From NCBI GenBank assembly GCA_965649825.1, contig OZ287695.1, positions 1,407,081 to 1,471,080 of the forward strand: a DNA stretch of 64,000 bases, read 5' to 3'. Both the position numbers and the translations under genes were made by a program. Position 1 is the first letter of the stretch. Each line of letters opens with the position of its first letter. The notes beneath the pieces are model-generated. The model made no database searches. It worked only from the letters and a program-made list of their open reading frames with translations, and was not told the DNA's origin. The DNA comes from Penicillus capitatus. Its lineage: Eukaryota > Plantae > Chlorophyta. Below are positions 51,148-63,100 of this stretch, one piece after another.

Positions 51148-51845
51148 CTACTTCATTTGTCCTTCGTGTTGCAACAAAGGGACTTTCAGCTGCTGCTGCT
51201 GTTGTTTTGCCGCTTTCTTGAGCTTCTTCTGCTGACGTCTACGGAATCTTTTCAGAAGTGCATTGGCTTGGATGAAAAACAAAACCCAAGAAGCCAAACA
51301 ACTCGTGAACAGCAAGACCATGAGTATAGTACGACGAGTCTCGTTTTTTCTCGTCTCCTTATTGTCATTGGTCATGACAAACTTCCTGGTTGAGCTTTTA
51401 ACGGTTGGACCCGTCGTCGTTTTCTTTTCGACGACACTGACATCGAGGTAAACGGGCTTTCCGCTAGAGCCTTCAGCAGCTAAGTGACTTAGTTGTTGAA
51501 ACGCCCTAGGCACCATTCAAGATCCGTAGGCATCTCATCCGAAGCTAGGATGACACTATACCAGTTCAGCAGACGGTCAGTGTCGACGCTGGACTTTTCG
51601 CTCCGACTCGTCGTTGCTTGCGACTGATAAGAATCCACCTCGACGACGTAACTGTTGCCATGGCTTCCTTTGCCAGCCCAATACCAACTCTGTCTCACGA
51701 TTTTGGGGTTATGGCTTACCCAGCCCTAGAAACGCACACCACTGTCTAGAGAGGAAGACTGAAGTGCGCCACGAACGGTTTCATAGACGACGACGTCGGC
51801 AAAGGCTTGGGCGGAAAGAGAAAGCAACAACAAACACGCAATCAT
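51148..51845 (-). CDS. Small type-I membrane protein of unknown function, spliced
   Basis: Signal peptide MIACLLLLSLSAQAFA; 51-nt first intron; TM ILMVLLFTSCLASWVLFFI; basic/Gln-rich tail; TGTAA 29 nt after the stop. Confidence 0.65.
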
Positions 51846-51946
51846 CGTAGGGTGCAACTCAGACAACGCAAAATGGCAAAGCAATTTGAGCGAATCGTTC
51901 GTAATGGATTCAAACGAACCACACATTGAAATGACGGTCGCTGGTC

Positions 51947-52346
51947 AAATGGAGAGCGTTCTCTGGTGCAGCATCGCGGCAGTTGTGCTCTATATTGGAG
52001 ATGGCAGATCCAATCTGATCACGATTGCGATGCACGATTCTCGAGTCCATCGGTACCATGGCCGCTCGCGGCCACAGATGCGCCAGGTCGACGACGTTTG
52101 ACTCTCTCTGCAGAATGTGGCTCTCCGCCGCCAATGGGCTCGTCCTGTGCAACACGTGCGTCTTTCTCTATCTCTGGAGAGGGTAAGGTGTCTCGCCCAA
52201 AGACTTCTTCACGTTCGTGGTTTTGCAGGGTGCAATGCTGGAAGTGTGGTAAGACGCCGGAAGAGATGGCTCCTCTGTTACCGAAGGCTGGCGGATTGTT
52301 GCTCATACTGAGTCTCATCGCGTATAAGAGGCATTTTGCGTCTTAA
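51947..52346 (+). CDS. Putative small hydrophobic spliced protein
   Basis: Tentative splicing gives MESVLWCSIAAV-SIGTMAARGHRCAR-MWLSAANGLVLCNT-VQCWKCGKTPEEMAPLLPKAGGLLLILSLIAYKRHFAS*. No homology recognised. Confidence 0.3.
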
Positions 52347-53164
52347 GGAAGATAGGAGGTGCTTGTAGGTATGCCAATGCATTTTGGAGTGTGTTTCACT
52401 GGAAGACATGCATTGTCTTGCCGCTGCTGTTTTTCTGTTTGCTCTTTGCTTTGGATCTTATCCCAGGAGCTCCTTGTGACCCAGTGACACCGTCGAAGAA
52501 TCGCAATGCGAAGGACCAGTCGAAACAAGTGTGATGTGTTGCGTCGTCGGACGTGGCACGCATGCAAAATGCGAAATGCCTTCAGTTCATCTTCTTTTTT
52601 TCTGGATGGCAATACTTCGCTTTTCTTCCGCTCTTCTGGTGACCAAAGAATGATGGTTTCCTTTCTGTCGCTTCGTGGCAGTTTCAAGAGTTCTCTTCCA
52701 TTGTCGCAGCGTTGTACCTTGATACTTACTCTTCATGGGAGTCATTCTGATCAAAGATGCGATATGCCTGCACTCGCCCTGGTCTGGTAGATAACGTGCA
52801 ACGGATGCCTCTCAAGAGTGACATATCAAGCACCCCCGCAACAAAAAAACATCAGATAGGACGGTACACCTTGCGGCTTGGTTCTCATACTCCCAGGGGA
52901 GGAGGACTTCCGAATCTCTCGGAGTTTGAAGCACACTTGCTATATGATATAGTCCCTGGCTCTGTGAAAGAAGTGGGTGCCGTAATGCCGAAACACCAGA
53001 CGACTTTCTTTCTGCAATCCGTGTCAGAGCACAGTCACATGTCCCGTCTGTTGGATGCAGCAACTTTCTAAGCACATGTATCTGCTTGCTTTAATAGAAG
53101 AGCGCCACAAAGTTGCTGAATTTTCTGAAAGAGACTCCTTGTATTCGTTAAAAAAATTGTTCAT
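52343..53164 (-). CDS. Putative spliced hypothetical gene immediately downstream of the MT-A70 gene
   Basis: Purine-rich open segments on the minus strand (HPTDGTCDCALTRIAE...EYENQAAR; WSPEERKKSEVLPSRKKEDELKAFRILHAC). Strand and structure uncertain. Confidence 0.3.
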
Positions 53165-54006
53165 GTATCTGCAGCCGATACTGACAGAACTTCGTTTCCC
53201 AGAGACACCCAATGATTGCGCAGATTGTTCGGCCGAGCGAAGATCTCCAGATACCTTCCGTTCGGAACTAACTCTTCGATCAGGCTGTATATCTCATCGG
53301 GTTTCTGACTTTGCCCTCTACGCTCACTCAAGATCACATCCGATACAGGACGCAATGCTGGTTTCTCTAATCTCCCTTTCATTCCGACCAGACACACCTC
53401 CTTTGCGTGCTGCAAGTAATATCCATGGCTCTTCGCCAGACGCCGATTGACCGTGAGCTTAACCCAGACGATTTCATCCACGACCGTATAGCCCCATCTG
53501 TCAAAGAGCGTCATGGCGAAATCAAAGCTAGCATTGATGACCCAAAGGAAGAGCAGTCCCTTGGACTGGAGTCTCTCTATCGGAATATTAAGGATATCTT
53601 TGTTCGTCAACTGCCCGTAGCCCAGAGCCACGCCTCGAGTCGGATTGGATGTTGCTAACTGCCAAGGCGGGTCCATCATGATGACGTCAAACTGTCGAGT
53701 GCGATACAGCTGACTCCAATCATAGCTGCGCACGTCTGCCAGAATAGGAATACAGTGTGGCGGGATCTCTGTGGTTAGCCAAGGCGATTCCTCGGCCCCA
53801 GTGTCTTCGTGTATGAGGGGGTAAGCAGGAGGGAAGGAGAATTCAGAGGTCAGGTATCGAATGGCCTCCCTATACTCTTCAATCCGAGCATCCAGTTCAC
53901 TGTCATCGCACAGAGCCCATTCGGCCTCCTCCTCATCGTCATCGCGTTCAACGAGCGCGCGGATCTTTAGCATCTCGGATTGCGCATTCTCCTTCACGTC
54001 TGACAT
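53161..54006 (-). CDS. AMT1: MT-A70 family adenine methyltransferase, AMT1/MTA1 clade (DNA N6-adenine, ApT), intronless, 281 aa
   Basis: IPPHCIPILADV, FDVIMMDPPWQLATSNPTRGVALGY, LFLWVIN, WVK.TVNRRLAKSHGYYLQHAKEVCLVG, ERRGQSQKPDEIY, LEIFARPNNLRNHWVSLGNE. These match my recall of ciliate/fungal AMT1 rather than METTL3. Confidence 0.88.
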   Translation of the reverse strand: MSDVKENAQSEMLKIRALVERDDDEEEAEWALCDDSELDARIEEYREAIRYLTSEFSFPPAYPLIHEDTGAEESPWLTTEIPPHCIPILADVRSYDWSQLYRTRQFDVIMMDPPWQLATSNPTRGVALGYGQLTNKDILNIPIERLQSKGLLFLWVINASFDFAMTLFDRWGYTVVDEIVWVKLTVNRRLAKSHGYYLQHAKEVCLVGMKGRLEKPALRPVSDVILSERRGQSQKPDEIYSLIEELVPNGRYLEIFARPNNLRNHWVSLGNEVLSVSAADT

Positions 54007-54067
54007 TGTCAACCGTCTCAGGGTGGCGCAATCGTGGACATCTATCTAGATACCTGCCAAAACAGGC

Positions 54068-55958
54068 ATGGCGAATGTATTGGCTCTGAATTGCGGTCTT
54101 TGGCGCATCGTCCTGGCGATAACGGCTCTGAAGCTGCTTCTCATACCCTCGTATCGATCCACAGATTTCGAAGTTCATCGAAATTGGATGGCCATGACCT
54201 ATGAGCTTCCCCTGGAAAAATGGTGCCATCTTCGCTAGCCACGATAGAATAGAGTGGATGGCATAAAGGTATGTGGACGAGACATCGCCATGGACACTCG
54301 ACTATCCTCCACTGTTTGCCTGGTTTGAATACCTGCTAGCACGATTGGCTATATTCTTCGATCCCGAGATGCTGGTCAGTAATTGCGCTTAGCATTCCGT
54401 ATCCCAATGCCTAAATGCTTGTGCGTGAAGCTAGGTCGTCAACAATCTGAACTATGATTCCGATGCGACCATCATCTTTCAGGCAAGGCACCGGCCTCGC
54501 GTAGATTCGATGTTGATGGTGTGGTCAGAGACTAACCGTCATCTTGAGTGATGCTGTGCTGATTGGAGCGACTTGGTGTTCAGCAACACGTTCAAAGATG
54601 CATCCAAAAGAGAGGCTTGCCTTCTTTGCATTAGTTGTGGGAAATGTCGGGCTGCTTATGGTCGATCACATCCACTTTCAATACAATGGCATGTTGTTGG
54701 GTACGATGTCTCAACTGCCATCGCATTCTCTCAGGAAGGGCCTTTCAGGACTGTTAATTTGGTCGATTGTGGCGATCGAGCAAGATCGTTGTCTGCTGTC
54801 GGCAGTTCTCTTTGCTGTGTTGCTTAATCTGAAGCATCTGTTTGTCTACTCCGCCGCCGTGTTCTTTGGCTACATGCTCAAACACAAATGCCTTCGATCT
54901 GGATCTCTCCAGTGGGGTGCCTTGTGTCAACTCGCTGTTGCAGTCCTGAGCATTCTTGCATTATCGTTTGGACCTTTCCTGGTGCTTGGACAATTCTCTC
55001 AAGTAAAGGAAAGATATCAGGGATGCTGTTGTGCGAAGTGTTCTTAGATATTCTCTCGTCTGTTTCCTTTTGGTCGTGGTCTATGCCACGCTTACTGGGC
55101 ACCCAATGCATGGGCCCTCTATGCCTTTGCTGACAAGATCTTGGCATCTGCATGGAAGTTGTATCGACCATCCGTCAGCTTTTCGGAGGCCAACATGACA
55201 GGTCTACCCGTTTCTATTGCCAAATTCGCAAGAGAGCTTTCTTAGGAGGATTGGTAGGACAGTGGTCGTTCTCCATTCTTTCAGATGTGCATCCCAAAGT
55301 CACTCTATGTCTATCTATGGCTTTTGCTTCTATTCCATCTCTCCTTCTCTACCGCAGACCGAACAAAGACTACTTTATGGAATGCGTAGCCTATGCAAAT
55401 CTGTGCGGTTTCGTATGGGGTTATCATGTCCACGAAAAAGCCATTCTAACCGTAAGCACAGAAGATCCCGACTCTGCATCCAAAGAAGCTGTCACCTAGG
55501 TACTGATACCTTTGATCTTCGTGGCGTTCAGAAGAGGACCAAAGCTCTTTCCTTTCCACAGAAGATATTTCCTGTTTCTCTCGACGGTGATGCATTACAG
55601 CTTGACACCATTGCTGTACACGAATCAGGAGTATCCTATAAAGATCCTGCTGCTGCTATCCTATGCTCTCTTGGTTGCAATCATAATGCGTCCATCGACA
55701 TCCCGTGACAAAAAAGACAATACCAAAATGGATTGTCCCCTCGGCCATTGGTCCAAATCCGCACTTTTTTCAGCTCTGTTCATACTGGAGGTATGGAAGC
55801 TGCTGACATCGATTGCTGGTGTCGGCACGTCTTATGCGTTCCTGCCCTTGATGATGACATCTGTATTGTGCTCCTTTGGGATCTGTACGTACTGGGCAGT
55901 TTGGACTCTTTATATTCTCCAAGCTCTTTTTAATACCAAGATTAAGAAGACATTGTAG
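54068..55958 (+). CDS. ALG8: Dolichyl-P-glucose alpha-1,3-glucosyltransferase ALG8, spliced
   Basis: [78 protein letters not shown]. Confidence 0.95.
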
Positions 55959-56016
55959 AGGGAGAGCAGTTTGTGATGCGGATTGCTATTGTCCGTTATT
56001 TAGAAGATGTCGATCG

Positions 56017-58218
56017 TCAGTTTCTGTCAAAGAAATTCCGAAATTGCTGTTTCTGTTTCTTCATTGCCGCCTTTCTCCGTTGCTTGTTCTTCAGAAGTAT
56101 TCCTTGGACTTCACTCTCCAGAGAGGCATCCAACTTCTGAACCTGCTTCAAATCCTCCTCCGCCTCATCGTAGTCGCCATGGAGAGAATAAGCTTTGGCC
56201 CGTCTCAACAGAACTTTTGCATTCTCATCATCCACCCTTTCAAAACCGGCTGAGCACAAATCTGGTACGTACTCACGCCTCTCACTTTAGCGCTTTGTTG
56301 CACCAGTCGACAGCTGTCATGTATTCTCCATCCTGAATGGAACATGATGCCAGATTGCTATAGCAGACCGATGTCAGGCTCTCGGCCTCTTGGATCTGTT
56401 CGTCTGTTTCAAAGTCATGTACTGCTCTCAGTTGCTGCACGATCTATATCATTCTAGCAATTCGACATCTTCCACACTTGTGCTCATTGGCTTACTGTTT
56501 TGTACTTGTTGGAGGCCAACTGAGTAGCGCCTTCTTTGTATAGCTTGTTGGCGATGCTTTTCATCTTTTGACCTTCTTCAAGCATCTCTCGTGCAGAGAT
56601 TCCTGCCCATTGCATTCCTTTCTCGAAACGGACGAGCTCTACTTCAAATTCCACGTCGTCTTCGGCAGAAATGCCATCAGGAACGTGGCAACGTGTGTTT
56701 GCATTGTTGTAGGCACAATCGGCGACGCATTCCACTCGACTGACTTCGCCTGGTAACATCAAATGTATGCAAGCTTCTAAACCGACAGGCAAATCGCCAC
56801 AACCTGTGCAAGCATAGACTGTCAAGCATGGCAAAGAAGCCGTGCAGAAACCGAGGTCCACAACGAGAGGCTCTCCGGAGTTGGCAGCTCGCGAGTCGAA
56901 GCTCCATTCGGACGATACTGGCTGATGAACATTCGCCTTGTCGCCACAACTGTAATTCCATTTCCTGACTTTGTAGTGCACCGACACTCTACAGTCCTGC
57001 AGAGGACAGTCCGAAGGAAAAGTGCCTCGTCCATCCATCAGACGATACTTCATGATCCTTCCATCTCCATATATATCCCGTACCTATACATATCCATCAC
57101 TCTCGTTTCAAACCCCGTCTCAAATGGACGACCTGGATAACGCGCCGTATTCGAATCTCTGCTTCAAGTTGCAAGACGTTCTGAGGCAGCGATGGAAAGA
57201 CAGAGGACGGCAAATGCTGGTCATGCGAAACGGAGAAGATGCAGATCGAATGTTCATTCTGCACCATGCTGCCCAAACATGACTGGATCTCTGCGGAGAA
57301 CGAGCAGCGACGTAAGCACATAACGACCAGCTGTGCCTACCAGAAGGAACGTTTTCGTCTCCCATTGTCAGCTCGATGGGCTCTTCCTTTGTTGCAAACA
57401 AGACTTCTCCCTTCTGCCGAATCCCATCGACCGATACCTTCCGCAATTCCATAGACACTTGAACCTGAAGAGCATTGCCATTCACGGCTTCCTGCATTCC
57501 GTGATGTGACTTTGTATGGTGGTCTGGGATTTTCGTATCCTTCTCCATCTGTCAGTACCGTCTTCAGGATGAAATCCGAAGATGATCCCATAACGGATAT
57601 GACATCTCTTGGATCATACCAATTCAGCAACTGCACATCCATCATCATTTCGATGTCTTCATCGACATGTGCATCATCTGGCAGATGGAATTCGCACTCC
57701 TTGTGTCCAAAACCAAATTCTGGCTGGACTTTCAGAACGCGCCTCTCTCCTTTTCGCATTTCTGCCATCTTCAAACGTCAACAGCGTGTCTTGGAAGCGA
57801 CGAACATGCCTAAGAGGGCCATTTCCCATGCACGGGGCAAACGTGGAGATTTCATGAGAACAGCGGCGAATGGACAGCCTTCCGTCGTTTCATCTTCGGG
57901 ACGCGTCGAAAACACAGCGTTGTCTTTTGCATCGCTGCGATAGAGCGAGAAATGAAAGTACACGAGCGAACCCTCCTGCGGCGTCGCATCGCCTTCGCCT
58001 TTCTGCACCGTCGCTTCCAGAATTGCGCCAGAATTTAGTGCTGCCGCCTCACTATTGCCACACAAAGGCGTCATCGATAAGCAATGCAACGAAGCCGCCC
58101 ACTTGTATTTCTTCACTTCATCGTCTCGCAGCTTCGCAAACACAGGGGTCCAGATCCGAGGCGTCGGAGTTGCTCGACAGATGTCAAGAAATTCATAGAA
58201 CGCGTTCCGAGGCGTCAT
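56017..58218 (-). CDS. PAS1: Multi-FKBP + TPR peptidyl-prolyl isomerase, PASTICCINO1-like, spliced
   Basis: Three FKBP-like domains (GEGDATPQEGSLV; GEGYENPRPPYKV; DGRGTFPSDCPLQDCRVSVHYK, LMLPGE) followed by TPR (KVLLRRAKAYSLHGDYDEA). Confidence 0.87.
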
Positions 58219-58347
58219 TGCTCAGTGAAAACACCATCTGTTCGACAACGCATTGCATTTCGCTGTCGAAGATTGTACGACAGTCCTTTGTCTTGAAGGG
58301 GTCCACCAGAAAAAGCTATCACGTTACAAGGGACAGGCCACCTTGAT

Positions 58348-58700
58348 TCACGAGACACTTTCCAACCTTGTTTCCTTTCTTCGCGTTCTCGCCCGCACCG
58401 CACTACATTGCACTCGATGTGGAGACAGAAGGTTCGTCGTGGACTTGCTTCGTACGTCTGGGAACAAACGCGGCTACTCAGTTGTACGTCGACGTCGTCC
58501 TTTTTGAAGGGTACCGCTGAATCCTGCGTACAGACGGTATCCCTCGAGTGCGATCGGATGTGTGATGTGGGTGTCGATTCAGGGTCTTGTAACTCAACAT
58601 CTTGCTGTGGCGACAAGACAAGGTTCAGCTTCTTATTTCTTGAAAAGGCCTTTCGATTCGGAATCGCGTCGTGCCCAGACGCGTCTTCTCTATTATCCAC
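58348..58700 (-). CDS. Putative small spliced orphan gene between PAS1 and the kinase; 5' end undefined
   Basis: A 53-nt GT-AG intron gives ...DSAVPFKKDDVDVQLSSRVCSQT-AVRARTRRKETRLESVS*, with TGTAA about 20 nt after the stop (58324-58328). Confidence 0.35.
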
Positions 58701-58736
58701 TTTGTGCCATCGTCGCTTCGGGTAAACCGATGTCGT

Positions 58737-59977
58737 ATGGGGGAGATGGCTCCTGCTGATGCGTTGTGTCTTGTAGCCTTCCTCGCTCTCGAGTCTAGAG
58801 CTTTTGGGGATGGAGGAATTGACGATTCGCAAATAAAGCTGCGCAAAATCTTGGAGTGTTTGGAATCGATCGAACAGAAAACCGATCTGCAGCGCATCTA
58901 TATTCCTTCGCGACATCTGCGATTAATTGGCCAGCTCGATGAAGGTGCATGCGGGCAGATCTGGATTGGGGAGTTAAGAGATGGGGCAAATGTCGAAACG
59001 GTAAAGATCTTGCTGAATGCAAAGAGGCTGCTGCAAAAACCATTGATCTGCCACAGGTCGCTGTCAAGGCCTTGTCTGAAGATACCCTCGATAACGAAGC
59101 CTTGGCAGAATTGATTCGTACCGAGGCAGAGGTCTTTCAACGAGTCTCTGTGCGATGTCATCATGTCTGTCGTTTTTACGGCGTCAGTATAAAGTGTGGG
59201 AAATTGTGCTTGATCATGAAACACTATCGGCGTTCGCTGTGGCAAATGATGCGCGAGAGAGGAGGGGGTCTACCTCTCGCCGACGTCAAAAAGTACGGAA
59301 CGCAGATCTGCAAAGGATTGGCAGAACTGCACGAACAAGGGATTATTTTGCAAGACCTGAAGCCAGCAAACGTGTTGGTAGATGATCTGGACAATGCTGT
59401 TCTAACAGATTTTGGATTGGCATCTGTGATCGACAAGGAAGGAGGCAGTGTGATTACGCCCTCCAAAGGAACACCATCTTACATGGCACCAGAAGCATGG
59501 GATCCCAAAGCTATGGGGGGCATGTCAACGGGGACAGACATCTGGAGCTTTGCATGTACAATTATCGAGCTTTTGACAGGGACAGCTCCGTGGTCAGGTA
59601 TGGAAGCAGATGAGATTTGTACAAGAGTGAAAGATCAGAAGGGGCGTCCACCGTTGCCGACTGGATTGCCCAAGACATTGCGTACAGCTTTGGAAAAGTG
59701 TTTTGCTTATCACAGCTGCAGTCGTCCCAATGCCAAAGATCTACTTCGCGTGTTTCTATCTGAGTGGGAAGCATCTGATCAGCATCATTTTCAGCTTCCT
59801 CCGATGCCAGACATGGAAACGCCAAAGATGATTCCAGCTGAGCAATCATCTCTCTATTCTTTTGATCTCTATCCAGAATATGTCTTTGCTATACCAGAGG
59901 TTAAGCCACTCTATGAGGTCGATCCAGAACTGTATAGAGGTGTCGTGCGTATGCAGCACCGCATTGATGGTATTTGA
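58737..59977 (+). CDS. Ser/Thr (TKL-like) protein kinase resembling the KEG-type kinase domain, one intron
   Basis: LDEGACGQIW, VAVK, HHVCRFYGV, LQDLKPANVL, DFG, GTPSYMAPE, DIWSFAC. Confidence 0.9.
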
Positions 59978-60148
59978 AGTCATCATTTACTTCTCTTGCA
60001 ATCACTCTAACTCGAAAGTCGGTGACACGGATTATCTTGTGGGGGACCAGCTGGAATTCAAAATTTTGATACTTTCGTCCCATGATTCATTCGTTTCTGC
60101 TTCGAAAAAGTCGAAATGTAACGCGCTGACAAAATCGTCATTTTGACA

Positions 60149-63100
60149 ATGGCGTCGTCTCTGCATCGCTCCCGCCGTCTTTGGACTCTCCTTCCTCAGT
60201 ATTTGCGTTATGGAACGTCACTCCAGCACCTCTCTTTCTCGACGTCGGCTCATGTTTTGGCGCCCGACCCGCCAACACCGGAGCCCGTTCCAATGCGGAA
60301 GCTTAAGGACAGTTTTCTTTACGGCACCAGCAGTGCGTACTTAGAAGAACTGGAGAAACGTTACCAGGAAGATCCTCACAGCGTCGACAAAACGTGGGCG
60401 TCTTTCTTTCAGTCGCTCGAACAGGGCGTCAAACCCGAAGCCGTAGCAGAAGCGTATCACGCATTTGAGCGCGGAGAAACGTTGGAGCCTCTTCGATCTG
60501 CTTCTCTCACAGCGCAAACGGTGCCAGAGAGTCTCAAACTTATGACACTCATTCGAGCCTATCAGGTTTGTGCATGTCTCTCGAGGTCATCCAGGAAGTA
60601 AGGACGACTGACAGGTCTATGGTCATTTCAAAGCGGATCTCGATCCTCTAAAAATGGAAACGAGAAAACAACTGCCATACCTGGAGCCAGCCTATTACGG
60701 ATTCAAACCGGAGGATTACGAACGCGAGTTTGCATTGGGGACGATCGGATTGGAAGGATTTCTTGGTGTCTCTTCACCTGTTGTCAAACTCAAGGACATC
60801 ATTTCGCGCCTCGGTGAAGTCTACTGTGGAAACATCGGATATGAATACATGCACATACCAAACAGAGAGAAATGCAACTGGATTCGTGAACGGCTTGAGC
60901 TCATCAGTGACGTAGACACGCTTGGCTGGAGGCTGTGTGCATGAACTGTGCTGTTTCAGGTGGAATTAACGAAAGAGAGGAGAATACACATTTTGGATCG
61001 ATTGGCGTGGAGTGAACTGTTCGAGGAATTTTTGGCAACAAAGTTTTCAGCGGCCAAGAGATTCGGCCTGGAAGGATGTTCGGTGGCTGTTCCCGGAATG
61101 AAAGCTGCGATCGACAAAGCAGCAGAACTTGGCGTCGAATCTGTCGTCATCGGAACAGCCCATCGAGGTCAAATCCACCAAGCACTCAGCTATACGCATT
61201 GCATGGTGCCTACTATATTAGGTCGATTGAATCTCTTGGCCAATGTGGTGCGGAAGCCACTGCGAACGATTTTTGGAGAATTTTCTGGCACAGGACCAGA
61301 TGGCAAGTTCGAAGATCTGGACTCAGGAGACGTGCCTTACCATCAAGGAACGAGTTACGATCGACCAAGTCTGTCAGGCTCCATGCTGCACTTGTCTCTA
61401 TTAGCCAATCCAAGTCATCTCGAAGCAGTCGATCCGGTCGTCCTGGGCAAAACGCGTGCAAAGCAGCATCACGACAGAGATTTTGATCGCACGAAGAACA
61501 TGCCGATTTTGCTTCATGGTGACGGAAGCTTCTCTGGACAGGGGCTCGTTTACGAAACCTTTCATATGAGCGAATTGCCAGACTACACCGTCGGTGGAAC
61601 GGTGCACATCGTTATCAATAATCAAGTGCATTCTTTGGCCGGACAAAAACGGAAAAGAGATGTATGAATGTTTGTGGTGGTGCAGTTGGCTTTCACAACA
61701 GATCCAGGAAAGGGGAGAAGTTCGACCTACTGCACAGATGTGGCCAAAGCCACGAACGCACCAGTCTTCCATGTCAACGGAGACAACGTCGAAGCAGTGG
61801 TGAAGGTGTGATGACCGCGACAGGGGCCTATGTTTGAGGGCAGTGATGTGACTAGGTCTGTGAATTGGCGGCGGAATGGAGACAGAAGTGGAAGTCAGAT
61901 GTCGTCATTGACATCGTCTGCTTCAGAAAGCATGGGCACAATGAGATCGATGAGCCCATGTTCACACACCCTCTGCTGTACAAGGTCGTCAAGAAGAAGA
62001 AGAACGCCTTGACACTATACCAGAACCAGCTCATGTCTGAAGGCATCATCGACCAGGTGCACGATAGAAGCTTCTACCGGAATGGGATTCAAGCACACCA
62101 TATCCATAGGAACATTGCGATGCCATGAGATCGCGAATCTTTTCCGAAATGTCAAACAAGTTGGAGGAGTCGAAGGATTACAAGCATCAGCCGCAGGAAT
62201 GGCTGTCCAGTCACTGGAGAGGATTCAAGTCTCCTGAGCAAATGGCCCGTATCCGTTCAACAGGTGCCGTAGGAAGAGTTGGCAAACAGCCGCCCTCTCA
62301 CAGACGCTTTCTCCTACAGGTGTCAAGATCGATATTTTAAGACAAGTTGGAACACAGATCACGACGATTGATCCGTCCATCACTCCTCATCGGCTAATCA
62401 AGAAAGTCTACCAACAACGGAATGAGATGATCACGAAGGGTCCGCCTCATCCTGCCTGGTCATTCGGGACTGTGTCTCTGTAGCGGACATGATGGGCGAG
62501 CTTGACTGGGGAATGGCAGAAGCTTTGGCTTTTGCTACTCTGCTCAGCGAGGGCAACCATGTCCGACTGAGTGGGCAAGATGTCGAGCGCGGAACTTTTA
62601 GTCACAGGCATGCTGTCATCCATGACCAGAACACGGCAGCGACATACACACCATTGAAGCATGTCTGTCGGGAGCAACACCCAGACCATTTCATCGTGGG
62701 CAACAGTCCATTGGCAGAGTACAGCGTTTTGGGTTTCGAGATGGGATACTCTCTGGAGAATCCTAACGCACTGGTGTTGTGGGAAGCACAATTTGGCGAC
62801 TTTGCCAACGGAGCTCAGGTCCGTCTGCTCTTCGGAGGCGCTCATCTGTCTACGCTCTGATGTTTACAGGTGATGATCGATCAGTTCTTAGTGGCGGGAG
62901 AGGCCAAATGGAATCGTCAGTCTGGTCTTGTGCTGCTTCTACCTCATGGATACGATGGCCAAGGCCCCGAGCACAGCAGTGCCAGAATGGAGCGATTTCT
63001 GCAGATGATCAACGAGGATGCCGATCGCGTACCGGAGATCGAGGAATCGAAATGGTTATCCGGAGCACATCTGGGCGTCCAGATTCAGAGCTCCAATTTC

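Noticed and set aside
58215-58218. ATGA overlap between the 233-codon ORF and the PAS1 start
   Set aside because: A typical 53-nt intron plus TGTAA would end the upstream gene at 58348, making the overlap an artefact of the unspliced frame.
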